64,000 nucleotides of DNA from an uncultured Verrucomicrobiae bacterium (GCA_963828355.1 CAWHFD010000012.1:28935-92934); one strand, 5' to 3'; shown: positions 10,575 to 20,434, numbered from the stretch's first letter. The notes: generated from the sequence alone by a model not told the origin. Numbers and translations are program-made.

Positions 10575-10613
10575 AAAAAAAGAGCCACAGGGTTCGCTGG
10601 AACCCTGCGGCTC
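10575..10613 (-). terminator. rho-independent terminator
   Basis: On the minus strand: GAGCCGCAGGGTT-CCAGCG-AACCCTGTGGCTC followed by T7, about 30 nt downstream of the 10644-11006 gene. Confidence 0.75.
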
Positions 10614-10643
10614 GTATCCTAATACTTCAGACCGCGCGTTGAT

Positions 10644-11006
10644 TCAGTCTATAACGACCACGTGATCGATCATACGCAAATCGCCCATGTCCGCGTAATA
10701 AACGCGTACGCGCGTGCCAGGTTTGATCGCAGTTTGGACGACTTCCCCTGCCTTGTTCACAACGTGACCACGTCCGTTGAGAACGTAACGAACCGGGTTA
10801 TTCGAACGGTCCTCGCGAACAACGAGCGTTTTGGCCGGCTGATAACTGGCAGCCGCACCTTCCTCGGTTGTCGTCTTGATGATCCTTCCGGTTACGTTTA
10901 TCGGTTCCGTCGTAGTTGTTACTTGTTTGTTATCCGTCGAACCCGGTTGGGCGAATGCCAGCGTCGCAATCACCACACAGCCGAGCGTGACAATTAGTTT
11001 TTTCAT
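10644..11006 (-). CDS. small secreted hypothetical protein
   Basis: Signal peptide MKKLIVTLGCVVIATLAFAQ. Followed by an intrinsic terminator. Confidence 0.6.
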   Translation of the reverse strand: MKKLIVTLGCVVIATLAFAQPGSTDNKQVTTTTEPINVTGRIIKTTTEEGAAASYQPAKTLVVREDRSNNPVRYVLNGRGHVVNKAGEVVQTAIKPGTRVRVYYADMGDLRMIDHVVVID

Positions 11007-11360
11007 TTTTGCCTCCTATTGTTGATGCATGTTCTGCTGGTGGAATTTCTGGAGCTTGTCAGAATGGAACAAGAGCCACTTCGGGCGTTTTCCCCAGCCC
11101 ACTTTTTCCGCGATAAAGATTAGCTGGGGTGACGGATGACTCGATAGACACCGATGGTCGTGAGCGTGTGCCCCGGTCGGATCGCAACCAAGCCGCTGAA
11201 TCGTTGGCCCAGGACAAAGACCGTGAGTCCCGATGACTCACCATCGTGCATTTCCAGGGTCATACGTGAGTTCACGCGGCAAAGCGCAGACCCTTTTTGA
11301 GCGCGCCTGGACGAGTAGAGCTTTTGGGCGATCATGCATCGGTTACAATCTCATCTCGTT

Positions 11361-13359
11361 ATGAGCAGCTTCTTCGAAGAATTGAAGCGGCGAAAAGTTT
11401 ATCGCGTGGCGATCGCATACATCGTTGTGAGTTGGGCGCTCGCTCAAGGTCTGGCTCAGGTTCTTCCGGTTTTCGATATTTCGAACTCGATGATTCGGGT
11501 TGTCATCGCGCTGTTGCTAATTGGGTTTCCCGTCGCGCTCGCTCTCGCCTGGGTGTATGACGTCACTCCCCAAGGTATCCGTACAACTCCGGCACCAACG
11601 ACAGCCCGGATCGCATCGTCGCCGGAATTTGATAATGCTAATAGCGACCGGCCTGATCATCTCCGCTGGAGCAGGTTTCTTCCTTTTGCCTCGAGTGTCT
11701 GCGCGCAAAATCGATAAGTCGATCGCCGTTCTGCCATTTCAAAATTTGAGCGATGAGAAGGAAAACGCCTATTTCGCCGACGGTATACAGGACGATATCC
11801 TGACCAATCTCTCAAAAATCGGTGATTTGAAGGTTATCTCGCGCACGTCGGTCATGTCATATCGCGACGGAGCGCGCAATGCGCGAGAAATCGGCAAAGC
11901 GCTCGGTGTAGGCACACTGCTGGAAGGGAGCGTCCGCCGTCTGGGCAACCGCGTCCGTGTGAACGTTCAGTTGATCAACGCGAACAACGATGTGCACATC
12001 TGGGCAGAAGATTACGACCGCGATTTGACCGATGTCTTTGCGATTCAAACCGATCTAGCGCAAAAAATTGCCTCGTCTCTTCAAGCGAAGCTCTCCCCGA
12101 ATGAAAAAACACGACTTGATCGCCGGCCGACGCAAAATTCTGATGCTTACTTGCTTTTTCTTCAAGCGCACGATTACGCCAACCGGATGGACGTAGCTCA
12201 TAACAAGTCGTTAAAAGCGGTGCCACTTTTCGAACAAGCTATCAATCTCGATCCGAACTTTGCTCTGGCGTTTGCAGGTCTTTCGATGGTGGAGAGTTGG
12301 CTATATCACAGCGCGGACCCGACAGCGACCCGGCGCGAGAAAGCGCGTTTGAACGCGGATGAAGCGCTGCGATTGCAACCAGATCTGCCCGAGGGCCATC
12401 TGGCGCTGGGGTTCTCTTATTACTATGGCGACCACGATTACGAGCGCGCTCTCGCTCAATTTGAAATCGCGAAGTCAGGTCTGCCAAATAACGCGCAGGC
12501 ATACCTCGCAATTGGCGCAATCCAGCGACGACAGGGGAAGTGGACGGAGTCCACGGCGAATTTGGAAAGAGCTGCAGCGCTCGATCCGAAAAACGCGAGT
12601 ATTCTGGCAAACCTTGCTTATAGTTATATCGCTTTGCGCAATTTCGAAGGATCGCAGCAAATTGTCGATCGCTTGGTCGCTATAGCGCCTCAATCGTTCG
12701 AGACGCTGGCGCTGAAAGGATATCTGGCCTTTGAATGGAAAGGGGATTTTAACACGCTTGAAAAGCAATTTTTCTCCATTCCAGCTGAGAACGACCAGAA
12801 TGGAGTGATGACATGGGCGCGCTTTTGGATCCTGATGTTACAGCGCCAATTTCCAGAAGCTCTCGCAGTCGTGCAAGAATTTCCCGGCGATATATTGATC
12901 ACTGAGACGACTGCGCCTGCGCCGAAGTCCTTACTGGAAGGCATCATTCATTCGCTCCAGGGCGACATGGCAAAGGCACAGGCGGAGTTCGAAGACGCGC
13001 GCGCGGTCTCCGAAAAGTTGCTGCGCGAAGCGCCCGAGGACCCCGCAAGACACGCGCAACACGGTCTGATCCTGGCAGCCCTCGGTCGAAAACAGGAAGC
13101 GATCGCCGAAGGCAAGCGTGCGGTCGACCTGCTGCCCGAATCTCAGGACGCCTTTGACGGGCCGCGATGCACTGCTTCGCTAGCACAAATTTATGCCTTA
13201 ACTGGCGACTCTGATGAAGCATTCCGCCTGCTCGATCATTTACTACAGATACCCAGCGGCATAACGGTTCACGTTCTCAAGCTCGATCCAGCTTGGGATC
13301 CGTTACGCAAAGATCCGCGCTTTCAGGCGCTGATCGACAAATACGCGGCCAACCGTTAA
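11361..13359 (+). pseudogene. frame-disrupted membrane protein: N-terminal FFEELKRRKVYRV two-TM module + TolB-N-like (KSIAVLPFQNLS) + TPR repeats
   Basis: ORF 11334-11717 (frame 0) and ORF 11521-13359 (frame 1) together reconstitute an architecture normally found in a single polypeptide. The junction is near 11.60-11.64 kb. Confidence 0.6.
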
Positions 13360-13427
13360 CGCAGGTTCGGCCGCGAGAGGCTTGCGCCTTTCCTGTAACC
13401 CGGTCTGACGTTCGCCACGCGTGAATG

Positions 13428-13796
13428 TTAATTCATACGCGGCAAGAACTCTTCGCGGACGATCTTGCCGTTCTTCACCGTATAAACACCTACTTCGGAA
13501 AGTTTCCTGCGCTCTTTTGTTTTTTTATCCGAAACGTCAGCGTCGAATTGAATGACGAATCGATCGTGCCCGACGAAAGGTCCATGGGCATCGAAGCTAT
13601 GGACTTCCATCGCGTTGACCCACCAATCGACTTTGCCGCGAACGCCTTCTTTTCCGCGCGTCTCCGGCGAGCCGCCTCCCATGCTGAATGCTTCCAGGCT
13701 AACGATGTCGTCATCGTAAAGCGCGTCGAGCGCTTCGTACCAGGCTTGTTTGCGAGTTAATTCCACGACTTTCTTAGCTACTTCTTCGGTAGTCAT
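13428..13796 (-). CDS. SnoaL-like / NTF2-fold protein
   Basis: Size and sequence pattern of SnoaL-like domain proteins. Last gene of the ArsR-led cluster. Confidence 0.65.
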   Translation of the reverse strand: MTTEEVAKKVVELTRKQAWYEALDALYDDDIVSLEAFSMGGGSPETRGKEGVRGKVDWWVNAMEVHSFDAHGPFVGHDRFVIQFDADVSDKKTKERRKLSEVGVYTVKNGKIVREEFLPRMN

Positions 13797-13839
13797 TTTG
13801 GCCTCCTTTGTTTGGGTTGTTGATCATGTACTAACAGAC

Positions 13840-13892
13840 TGTAGGGTATCTGTCCCACCCCCGAATGCTTTCGGTCACAGAAAGGCCCTACA
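13840..13892. repeat. TGTAGGG...CCCTACA palindromic intergenic element (REP-like)
   Basis: Terminal 7-bp inverted repeat tgtaggg/ccctaca enclosing the hairpin ccgaa-tgct-ttcgg. Related to the element at 52798-52924. Confidence 0.5.
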
Positions 13893-14337
13893 ATAAGAAT
13901 TTTTCGAGGCGATTGAGAAGACTGTTCCAGCCCTCATTGTGGCGATCCCGCGATTCTTCGCCCGGCAATTGCTCGTGCCTCAAACGCAATTCCGTTCCGC
14001 CGCGGCGATCGAAGAGTTCGACTGTGACGACACTGGTCTGGTTCTCCCACGCTTGATCGTTATCCCATTGCCATGTGAACACAATTTTCTTTCCCGGAAC
14101 CAGCTCGCGATATTCGCCGAATGCCGCCCAGTCTTCTCCCTCCTGAGTGATCAGGTCCCAGCGATATTTGCCACCGACCTGCACGTCCGCAGCGATGCTC
14201 CGCGTACGCACGCCTTCTGGTCCAAACCATTCTTTTAATTGCGCAGGATCGGTCCACGCAGCGTAAACGCGAGCTGGCGTCGCGTTGATAAACCTTGTGA
14301 TCTCGAGCGATGTCTTCTCTGCGGTTTTCTCGTTCAT
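13888..14337 (-). CDS. SRPBCC (AHSA1/START-like) domain protein
   Basis: ITRFINATPARVYAAWTDPAQLKEWFGP is typical of the Aha1-like SRPBCC family. Confidence 0.8.
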   Translation of the reverse strand: MNEKTAEKTSLEITRFINATPARVYAAWTDPAQLKEWFGPEGVRTRSIAADVQVGGKYRWDLITQEGEDWAAFGEYRELVPGKKIVFTWQWDNDQAWENQTSVVTVELFDRRGGTELRLRHEQLPGEESRDRHNEGWNSLLNRLEKFLL

Positions 14338-14786
14338 GATTTTCCTTTCGCGCTCTCAACGAATTGCTTCAGTTCTGAACCGATAATCGCAGTCCAGCCG
14401 GCCTCGAAATTCTTCCGCGCATACGCCGGCGTTTTCGGAAACGTTTCGATCCCGCTATGCGTTAGCTTCAGCCGCGTCTTCGTACCATCGGGGAATAATT
14501 CAAAGGTTACCAGCGAATCGCCCGGTTCGCCTTTATATCGCCAGGTGTAGGCGATTCTCTTTTGAGGAATCACTTCGGTGATTTTGCAAACGTGATGATA
14601 AGTATTGCCTTCATGCTCGACCACGAATTCAAATTCAAATCCGATTTCCGGCTTAAATCCCTCCAGGTCGAAATACCATTGCCGCATTTCATTCACATCG
14701 GTGAGCGCGGTCCAAACTCGCTCGACCGGAGCCTTGAAAATGCGCTCCACAATGATTGTCTCCGTCAAATCGCTTGTTGTATTCAT
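14334..14786 (-). CDS. SRPBCC (AHSA1/START-like) domain protein
   Basis: IVERIFKAPVERVWTALTDVNEMRQWYF. Overlaps the next gene by 4 nt. Confidence 0.8.
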   Translation of the reverse strand: MNTTSDLTETIIVERIFKAPVERVWTALTDVNEMRQWYFDLEGFKPEIGFEFEFVVEHEGNTYHHVCKITEVIPQKRIAYTWRYKGEPGDSLVTFELFPDGTKTRLKLTHSGIETFPKTPAYARKNFEAGWTAIIGSELKQFVESAKGKS

Positions 14787-14818
14787 GTCGGTTTAATCAC
14801 TTTGAATCGGTGCCCGCC

Positions 14819-15538
14819 TCAATAGTCGTCATGTCGGTGCACCCACTCCATCGAAAACTCGAGATGGTCCTCGTCGCGGCCTTTCGGCACGAGATCGAGA
14901 AAATTGTAAGCGCCGGCGAAAATGTCGAGCCCGCGCGCATACGTCGAATAGGTGTGGTAAAGGTCGCCCGCGTCGTCTTTGTAGAAAACACTCAGGCCAG
15001 GCAGCTCGTCATTGATGTATTCGCTCTCGGCGTAGTTGTAGTAAGCCTTGTTTTTCTTCTCGTCCTCCGCTCTAAACGAAACGTGATAATCAAAATTGAA
15101 ATCGTTCTTTTGGGACGAAACCCATTTAAAACCCCAGCCCATGCGCTCTTTGTAGGCCTGCAGCTTTGAGAGTGGAGCGCGCGAGATCGCGACGAAGCTC
15201 ACGTCGCGATGCGGTAGATGCCAGTTTGCGCCGTCGAAGTGATCCGCCAGATATGTACAGCTTTTGCAGCCTTCCTCCCAATCCGGACCGAACATAAAAT
15301 GGTAAACGATTAGCTGGCTGCAGCCGTCGAACAGATCGGACAATGTTTCCTTACCTTTGGGGCCATCAAAAGTGTAGTCCTTCTCGACTTTCACCATCGG
15401 CAATTGCCGACGCGCAGCGCTAAGAGCGTCCCGCTGACGGGTGAACTCCTTTTCTCGCGTCAGCAAATCCTTTCGGGAAACAAGCCACTCAGCTTCCGAA
15501 ACCACTTCACGGTTCAACTTCATTTCTCCAGTTTTCAT
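14819..15538 (-). CDS. DUF899-family thioredoxin-fold protein
   Basis: EWLVSRKDLLTREKEFTRQRDALSAARRQLPMV ... IVYHFMFGPDWEEGCKSC is the typical DUF899 pattern. Confidence 0.85.
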   Translation of the reverse strand: MKTGEMKLNREVVSEAEWLVSRKDLLTREKEFTRQRDALSAARRQLPMVKVEKDYTFDGPKGKETLSDLFDGCSQLIVYHFMFGPDWEEGCKSCTYLADHFDGANWHLPHRDVSFVAISRAPLSKLQAYKERMGWGFKWVSSQKNDFNFDYHVSFRAEDEKKNKAYYNYAESEYINDELPGLSVFYKDDAGDLYHTYSTYARGLDIFAGAYNFLDLVPKGRDEDHLEFSMEWVHRHDDY

Positions 15539-15539
15539 T

Positions 15540-15662
15540 TTATTTTCTCCTGTTTATTTGTTTTCTTTTCAAGAATCTCCGGGCGACGAATGCCGTGAAT
15601 CCGCTAGTCGAGCTCACGGCCGCCACCAGCAATGCCAAATTTCCGATACACACCGGGCACAT
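15540..15662 (-). CDS. candidate 40-aa CxxC membrane peptide
   Basis: MCPVCIGNLALLVAAVSSTSGFTAFVARRFLKRKQINRRK. The ATG lies 2 nt after the ArsR stop, and its stop lies 1 nt before the DUF899 start. One TM helix plus a basic tail. Confidence 0.45.
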   Translation of the reverse strand: MCPVCIGNLALLVAAVSSTSGFTAFVARRFLKRKQINRRK

Positions 15663-15664
15663 GA

Positions 15665-16021
15665 TTATTTTCGGACTCCCTTCTTTCCTTCCCTGCTTGT
15701 TTTTTCCAGATAGGCGGCGAGCCGATCGAGAGAGCCTTCCCAGAATTTGCGATATTCTTCGACCCATTGCGCCGCTTGTTTGAGCGGTTTGGCGTCCAAC
15801 TGCATTTCGTGCACCCGGCCGTAACGGCGGCGGCGTAGTAGTCCAGCCTTTTCAAGAACGCGAAGATGTTTCGAGACCGCCGGCAGGGACATGGCGTGCG
15901 GTCGCGCGAGATCGGTGACGCGCCGGTCGCCCCGGGCCAGATGGGCCAGGATTCGGCGGCGGGTTGGATCAGCCAGTGCGGCGAAAGTTTGGTTCAGCGT
16001 TCTCGAAGAATATTTAACCAT
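15665..16021 (-). CDS. ArsR/SmtB-family transcriptional regulator
   Basis: FAALADPTRRRILAHLARGDRRVTDLARPHAMSLPAVSKHLRVLEKAGLL. Confidence 0.9.
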   Translation of the reverse strand: MVKYSSRTLNQTFAALADPTRRRILAHLARGDRRVTDLARPHAMSLPAVSKHLRVLEKAGLLRRRRYGRVHEMQLDAKPLKQAAQWVEEYRKFWEGSLDRLAAYLEKTSREGKKGVRK

Positions 16022-16029
16022 CTGGTTAA
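16014..16029. promoter_or_regulatory. perfect 7-2-7 palindrome TTAACCA-TC-TGGTTAA (candidate ArsR operator)
   Basis: Seen directly in the sequence, spanning the ArsR start codon (16019-16021). Confidence 0.4.
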
Positions 16030-16104
16030 CTATTTAGCGAAGTTATTGCAACGTGCAAACATTTTTTTGTTACAAGTTAAAGAAGCCCCACGGTCGAGGC
16101 GATC

Positions 16105-17223
16105 TCACCGGGTAAACGCTTCCTTGTTCACGACGTACGGCATTTTGGTCGGATCGCCGCCATAATTTCCGTCCAAAACGTCGATGAGTCCCTGGGCGCA
16201 GCGCCCAGCCATGCCTTTCTCGGGATCAACATCCAAGCGCGTGATCTGCCCCCCGCTGGCGAAATGATGGAACATGCGAGAGCGATCGGCAATCTCGGGA
16301 TCGAGCAGCGGTGAATCGGACGGGAGCGGCTCCTTCTCAAATACGTCGAGCGCGGCGCCCGCAATGATTTTTTGTTTCAAAGCTTTCGCCAGCGCTTTTT
16401 CGTCTACAACCGGACCGCGCGAGCTGTTTATCAAATAGGCGGTCGGTTTCATCAGCCTAAGAGTGGTCGCGTTGATAAGGTGATACGTCGGTTTGTCTGC
16501 CTCGCCTTCCCTCAACAACGGCACGTGCAGACTGACGTAATCGGCGTTGCGCAGGGCGTCCTCGAACGCGACGTATTTGATCCAGGTCTTTTCTTTTTGA
16601 ATGCCGCGCGCGTGCCGCAGGTCCATCAAATCCTGAATCGCTTTGATGAATTCATGATTCTGATACGCCGGGTCGTAGCAAAGAATATTCATATCGAACC
16701 CCGAGCACTTCTTGATCATCGCCAGGCCGATTCGCCCCGTGCCAATTACGGCGATGGTTTTGCCGGTGACTTCATCGCCGAGGAACGGCAGGAACGGATG
16801 CCACGACGGCCATTTCTGTTCACGCACCAGCCTTTCGCTCTGCCACATTTTTCTCGCAAGCATTCCCATCATGAAAAACGCGAACTCGGCCGTGGCCTCG
16901 GTCAGCACGTCGGCTGTGTTCGTAAATGGGATTTTATATTTATTCGCGTCAGCGCGATTGATATTGTCGAAGCCGACTGCGATCTGCGCGACAACCCTGA
17001 GCGTCCCCTTCCCTGCTTCGAAGACTTCCGCATCAATGGGATCGCGCAGTGTCGTGATCAGTCCGTCAACGCCGCTTCTCACTTTCTCGATCATTAATTT
17101 CTTCGGCGGCGCCTCGGGTCCTTCGAACACCTCAAGATCGTAACCGCGCTTACGCAGAAGATTCTCCGCCTCATCGCCGATGCGCGACGTGGCAAATACC
17201 CGGAAATGCTGTTTCTCAGTCAT
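16105..17223 (-). CDS. D-isomer-specific 2-hydroxyacid dehydrogenase (glyoxylate/hydroxypyruvate reductase-like)
   Basis: NAD-binding motif GKTIAVIGTGRIGLAM and the family's catalytic-domain layout. Confidence 0.85.
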   Translation of the reverse strand: MTEKQHFRVFATSRIGDEAENLLRKRGYDLEVFEGPEAPPKKLMIEKVRSGVDGLITTLRDPIDAEVFEAGKGTLRVVAQIAVGFDNINRADANKYKIPFTNTADVLTEATAEFAFFMMGMLARKMWQSERLVREQKWPSWHPFLPFLGDEVTGKTIAVIGTGRIGLAMIKKCSGFDMNILCYDPAYQNHEFIKAIQDLMDLRHARGIQKEKTWIKYVAFEDALRNADYVSLHVPLLREGEADKPTYHLINATTLRLMKPTAYLINSSRGPVVDEKALAKALKQKIIAGAALDVFEKEPLPSDSPLLDPEIADRSRMFHHFASGGQITRLDVDPEKGMAGRCAQGLIDVLDGNYGGDPTKMPYVVNKEAFTR

Positions 17224-17271
17224 AGCTCAAGATCTAATCAGGGATTCAGGAAAAAACACGAATGCTCCTAC

Positions 17272-17295
17272 TGTAGGGCAGGCGCGTCGCCTGCC
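17272..17295. repeat. TGTAGGGC + GGCAGGCG-cgt-CGCCTGCC hairpin (REP-like)
   Basis: Intergenic, with an 8-bp perfect stem. Shares the TGTAGGG head with the other elements. Confidence 0.45.
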
Positions 17296-17347
17296 AAATG
17301 CTCTCGTGAGCGCCGATCGGCACAGTCTTGCGCTGTAACGCAAGAAT

Positions 17348-18031
17348 TCATTCCGCGGCGCCGACACGGCGGACGAGGGTCGGAATTTCCGAAAGACTGC
17401 CGAGCACATAATTAGCCTTCTCCTCGTATTCGCGCGCATCCACAAAACGCGCATCGGGAATCGCGGCGACTCGCATGTTTGCCTCTTTGGCCGCAGCTAC
17501 GCCAGCCAGCGCGTCCTCAATGACCAGGCATGTGTCGGCAGCTACGCCAAGTTTTGCCGCGGCACACAGGTAAATATCGGGATGTGGCTTTCCGCGTTGG
17601 ATTTCGTCACCGGTGACAATAACCTCAAACGAACTTCTAATTCCGGTACGCTCGAGGAATGGACGCGCTGACGCGCTCACCGAACTTGTTGCCACCGCGA
17701 GGCGCAGCTTCATCCGCCGCAGTTCTTCCAGAGTTGCTTTCGCGGAAGGAAACAGGCCCACCCGGTTTGCGAAAAATTCTGTCGCGATCTGGCCACGGCG
17801 CCGCATCAATTCCTCAACGGACGCGGAGAGACAAAAAGCATTTTTGTAAAACTCGACCGCCAGACGGTAGCTGACACCGAGGACGCTGCGGTGGTATTCG
17901 CCGCGATAGGTGACGCCGTACTCAGCGAGCAATTTCGCATCGATCTGATTCCACCACGGCTCGGAATCGGCGAGCACGCCATCGAGATCGAAGATCACTG
18001 CGCGAAATGTTTGACCCATGATGTGCTGCAT
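17348..18031 (-). CDS. HAD-family hydrolase (beta-phosphoglucomutase-like subfamily)
   Basis: Motif I VIFDLDGVLADSE and downstream HAD motifs. Confidence 0.85.
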   Translation of the reverse strand: MQHIMGQTFRAVIFDLDGVLADSEPWWNQIDAKLLAEYGVTYRGEYHRSVLGVSYRLAVEFYKNAFCLSASVEELMRRRGQIATEFFANRVGLFPSAKATLEELRRMKLRLAVATSSVSASARPFLERTGIRSSFEVIVTGDEIQRGKPHPDIYLCAAAKLGVAADTCLVIEDALAGVAAAKEANMRVAAIPDARFVDAREYEEKANYVLGSLSEIPTLVRRVGAAE

Positions 18032-18159
18032 CTGTTATCCACCTTAAGGCGATGAGCAATTAGTAAGCGGTAGCAAGGAGCGCCGCACCTCCTGTAAGAG
18101 GAAGCCGCAAATCCGACGTATTTTTAAACGATTCGGATTATCCAGCGGTCTTACACTTA

Positions 18160-19260
18160 GTGCTGATGCAACGGAACCGGGGGATGCGAGCGGCTGCGCT
18201 CCAGCTACAGCAGCAGGTCAATCCGCCGATCTACGACCCGCGGCAACAGTTTGCCGGCACACATAAATCGGTTCGTTTCATTTTCGGTTTCCTGTGCTCA
18301 TCCACGGCAGCAGTAATCGAGTCCGCGCTGATGATGATGCTGATTGGTTGGATCGATTACCAGACTACCGACTTCGCCATGACGGTTTTCTATTTCGTGC
18401 CAGTAGTGCTGGCGACATGGCGGGCAGGACGCAAAGCAGGTTGGTTTATCGCGCTACTTTGCGGAGCGACAGTGCTCATAGCCGACTTAATGGTGCCCCA
18501 CAGCGGACGTATCATTGCGCTTTCCTACATTAACGCCGGCATACTCGTACTTGCATCGGCCGCTCTGGCTGAACTCGTAATTTCGCTGCGTCGCGCACAC
18601 GAACGCCTCAAGGAGCTACTCGCGCTAAAGACTGTTTCGCTTACAGAAATTCACCACAGGGTGAAGAACAATCTGCAAATCGTATCCAGCTTGCTCCGGC
18701 TCCAATCTGCCAAGTTCGCTGATCCCGCTGTTTGCGAGGTTTTTGCGGAATGTCGCGATCGCATCAACGCGATGGCTCGTCTTCACGAACAGCTCTACAA
18801 CGAGCTGGGGCAATCATACCTTGATTTCGCGCCGCATTTGCGTGAGCTGGCAGAAATGCTATTGCGCTCGCACAAACCCGCGGGCTGCAAACTCGCGGTC
18901 AAGCTTCGCGCCGATCACGTTCCGCTCGATCTCGACCAAAGCATTTTGCTCAGCCTGATCGCCAACGAATTGCTGGTCAATTCTCTAAAGCACGCATTCC
19001 ATGGCCGCGCTGTAGGAAGCGTCGATGCTGAACTGCGCACGAGTCGCGATCGAGTAACGTTAACAATCCGCGATGATGGCAACGGATTTGTTCCAACGCT
19101 GGCCGGTATTCAAGAGCAACGCGGAACCGGCCTAAACCTCGTCAAGGCAATGTCACGCCAACTTGGCGGCGAGTTCGTCATCAACCGCATGCCTGCGGGT
19201 GGAACGTGTGCAACCATTTCTTTTTCAAGCAAAAATGTCGCGCCAAAAGGCAACCGTTAA
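18160..19260 (+). CDS. sensor histidine kinase (HisKA_2 type)
   Basis: Membrane N-terminus, H-box LTEIHHRVKNNLQIVSSLLRLQ, and a C-terminal HATPase region (GTGLNLV). The GTG start is uncertain. Confidence 0.8.
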   Translation: MLMQRNRGMRAAALQLQQQVNPPIYDPRQQFAGTHKSVRFIFGFLCSSTAAVIESALMMMLIGWIDYQTTDFAMTVFYFVPVVLATWRAGRKAGWFIALLCGATVLIADLMVPHSGRIIALSYINAGILVLASAALAELVISLRRAHERLKELLALKTVSLTEIHHRVKNNLQIVSSLLRLQSAKFADPAVCEVFAECRDRINAMARLHEQLYNELGQSYLDFAPHLRELAEMLLRSHKPAGCKLAVKLRADHVPLDLDQSILLSLIANELLVNSLKHAFHGRAVGSVDAELRTSRDRVTLTIRDDGNGFVPTLAGIQEQRGTGLNLVKAMSRQLGGEFVINRMPAGGTCATISFSSKNVAPKGNR

Positions 19261-19284
19261 TCTGTAACTCTAACCTACTACATT

Positions 19285-19728
19285 ATGTCAAAAAAACGTA
19301 TTCTGATCGTTGAAGACGAAGCGCTGACGGTGTTAGCGCTCAAACACGATCTCACTGAGCTCGGCTACGAAATTGCCGGCGACGCGAGCACTGCTGCCGA
19401 CGCGCTCCGGGCCGCAGAAGACAATCGCGTCGATCTTGTCCTCATGGATATTCAATTGGATGGTGGGATCAGTGGTATTGCAGCCGCTGCCGCAATCCGC
19501 GGGCACCCTGATATTCCGGTTGTCTTTCTGACCGCGCACGGATCTGCGGAAACGGTATCGCACGCAGTCGAATCAGGCGCCTTCGGGTATTTGCTGAAGC
19601 CTTACACCTTGCCGGAATTGAAAGCGGCGATCGAGATCGCGCTGCACAAACACGAATCGGAAACCGCGATGCGTCGGGCCCTCAGTTCACCAATGTCGGC
19701 CAGTGTGGCGCAACCTCACTCCATCTGA
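19285..19728 (+). CDS. single-domain response regulator (receiver)
   Basis: ILIVEDE ... DLVLMDIQL ... LLKP receiver motifs. No output domain. Confidence 0.88.
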   Translation: MSKKRILIVEDEALTVLALKHDLTELGYEIAGDASTAADALRAAEDNRVDLVLMDIQLDGGISGIAAAAAIRGHPDIPVVFLTAHGSAETVSHAVESGAFGYLLKPYTLPELKAAIEIALHKHESETAMRRALSSPMSASVAQPHSI

Positions 19729-19858
19729 GCAGGCCGGCAACGGAAGGCGACAATGCGCAAAACCGATCAAGAGCGAGACCAAGCCAAGGGTCCAAATCGC
19801 TACTGGTAACGGCCTTGGCCCGCGACTGGCAAGTCTGCTCGCACGGCTCAGTTTTCCT

Positions 19859-20434
19859 TCATGTAACCTGCGTTCCTGTTGACCCGACGACGCGAATTGC
19901 GAACCCCAGCAACAGGCGGGAAATACCGCTCGAAATGAAACTGATCCCCACCAGGTATTGGACAAGCTCAAGGCTAGCTGGTGGCCAGTGTGCGCACGCC
20001 ACAATCCCGAGCACAAACGTGACCATTCCATCGATCAGAATCCAGACTGCGTGCCGATAATCGCGGAGCGCGAAAAAGAGAACAATCTCGATGAGCCCTT
20101 CGGCAATGAGAACCACCCCTACTACGAGGGCGAGAAGGACCACTCCGAGCAGAGGATTCACCAATAAACTGATTGCAGCCACGGCGTACAACCCGGCGAT
20201 GAATGTATGCCAGGCAAGCGTGCCGCTTCCGAAATGAATTCCAAAGATAACATGAGCAACAGCCGCGAAGATAAAAAGCCAACCCAAGAACGCTGCGACT
20301 CCGAGCGAAAATGTGAGAGGCAGCACAATCGCCAGACCGCCACAGACAAAAACAATTACAGCCGATACAAACAACCATCGGGTTGCCCGGTTTACTTCAA
20401 TATCATCGCCATCTGATTCCAATGCATTCCTCAC
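19859..20434 (-). CDS. HdeD/DUF308-family membrane protein
   Basis: Six hydrophobic helices in the repeated DUF308-like pattern. Confidence 0.65.
   Translation of the reverse strand: MRNALESDGDDIEVNRATRWLFVSAVIVFVCGGLAIVLPLTFSLGVAAFLGWLFIFAAVAHVIFGIHFGSGTLAWHTFIAGLYAVAAISLLVNPLLGVVLLALVVGVVLIAEGLIEIVLFFALRDYRHAVWILIDGMVTFVLGIVACAHWPPASLELVQYLVGISFISSGISRLLLGFAIRVVGSTGTQVT

Noticed and set aside
11120-11335. A 71-aa minus-strand ORF divergent from the TPR gene.
   Set aside because: It has no motif, and no supporting RBS or conservation can be assessed. The evidence is too weak to list as a feature.
16372-17097. A 241-aa plus-strand ORF, and similar long antisense ORFs at 25375-25947, 40729-41511, 49770-50489, 54416-55093 and 7202-7843.
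   Set aside because: Each lies entirely antisense to a gene with strong family motifs, is Arg/His-rich and has no recognisable domain. All are judged spurious.
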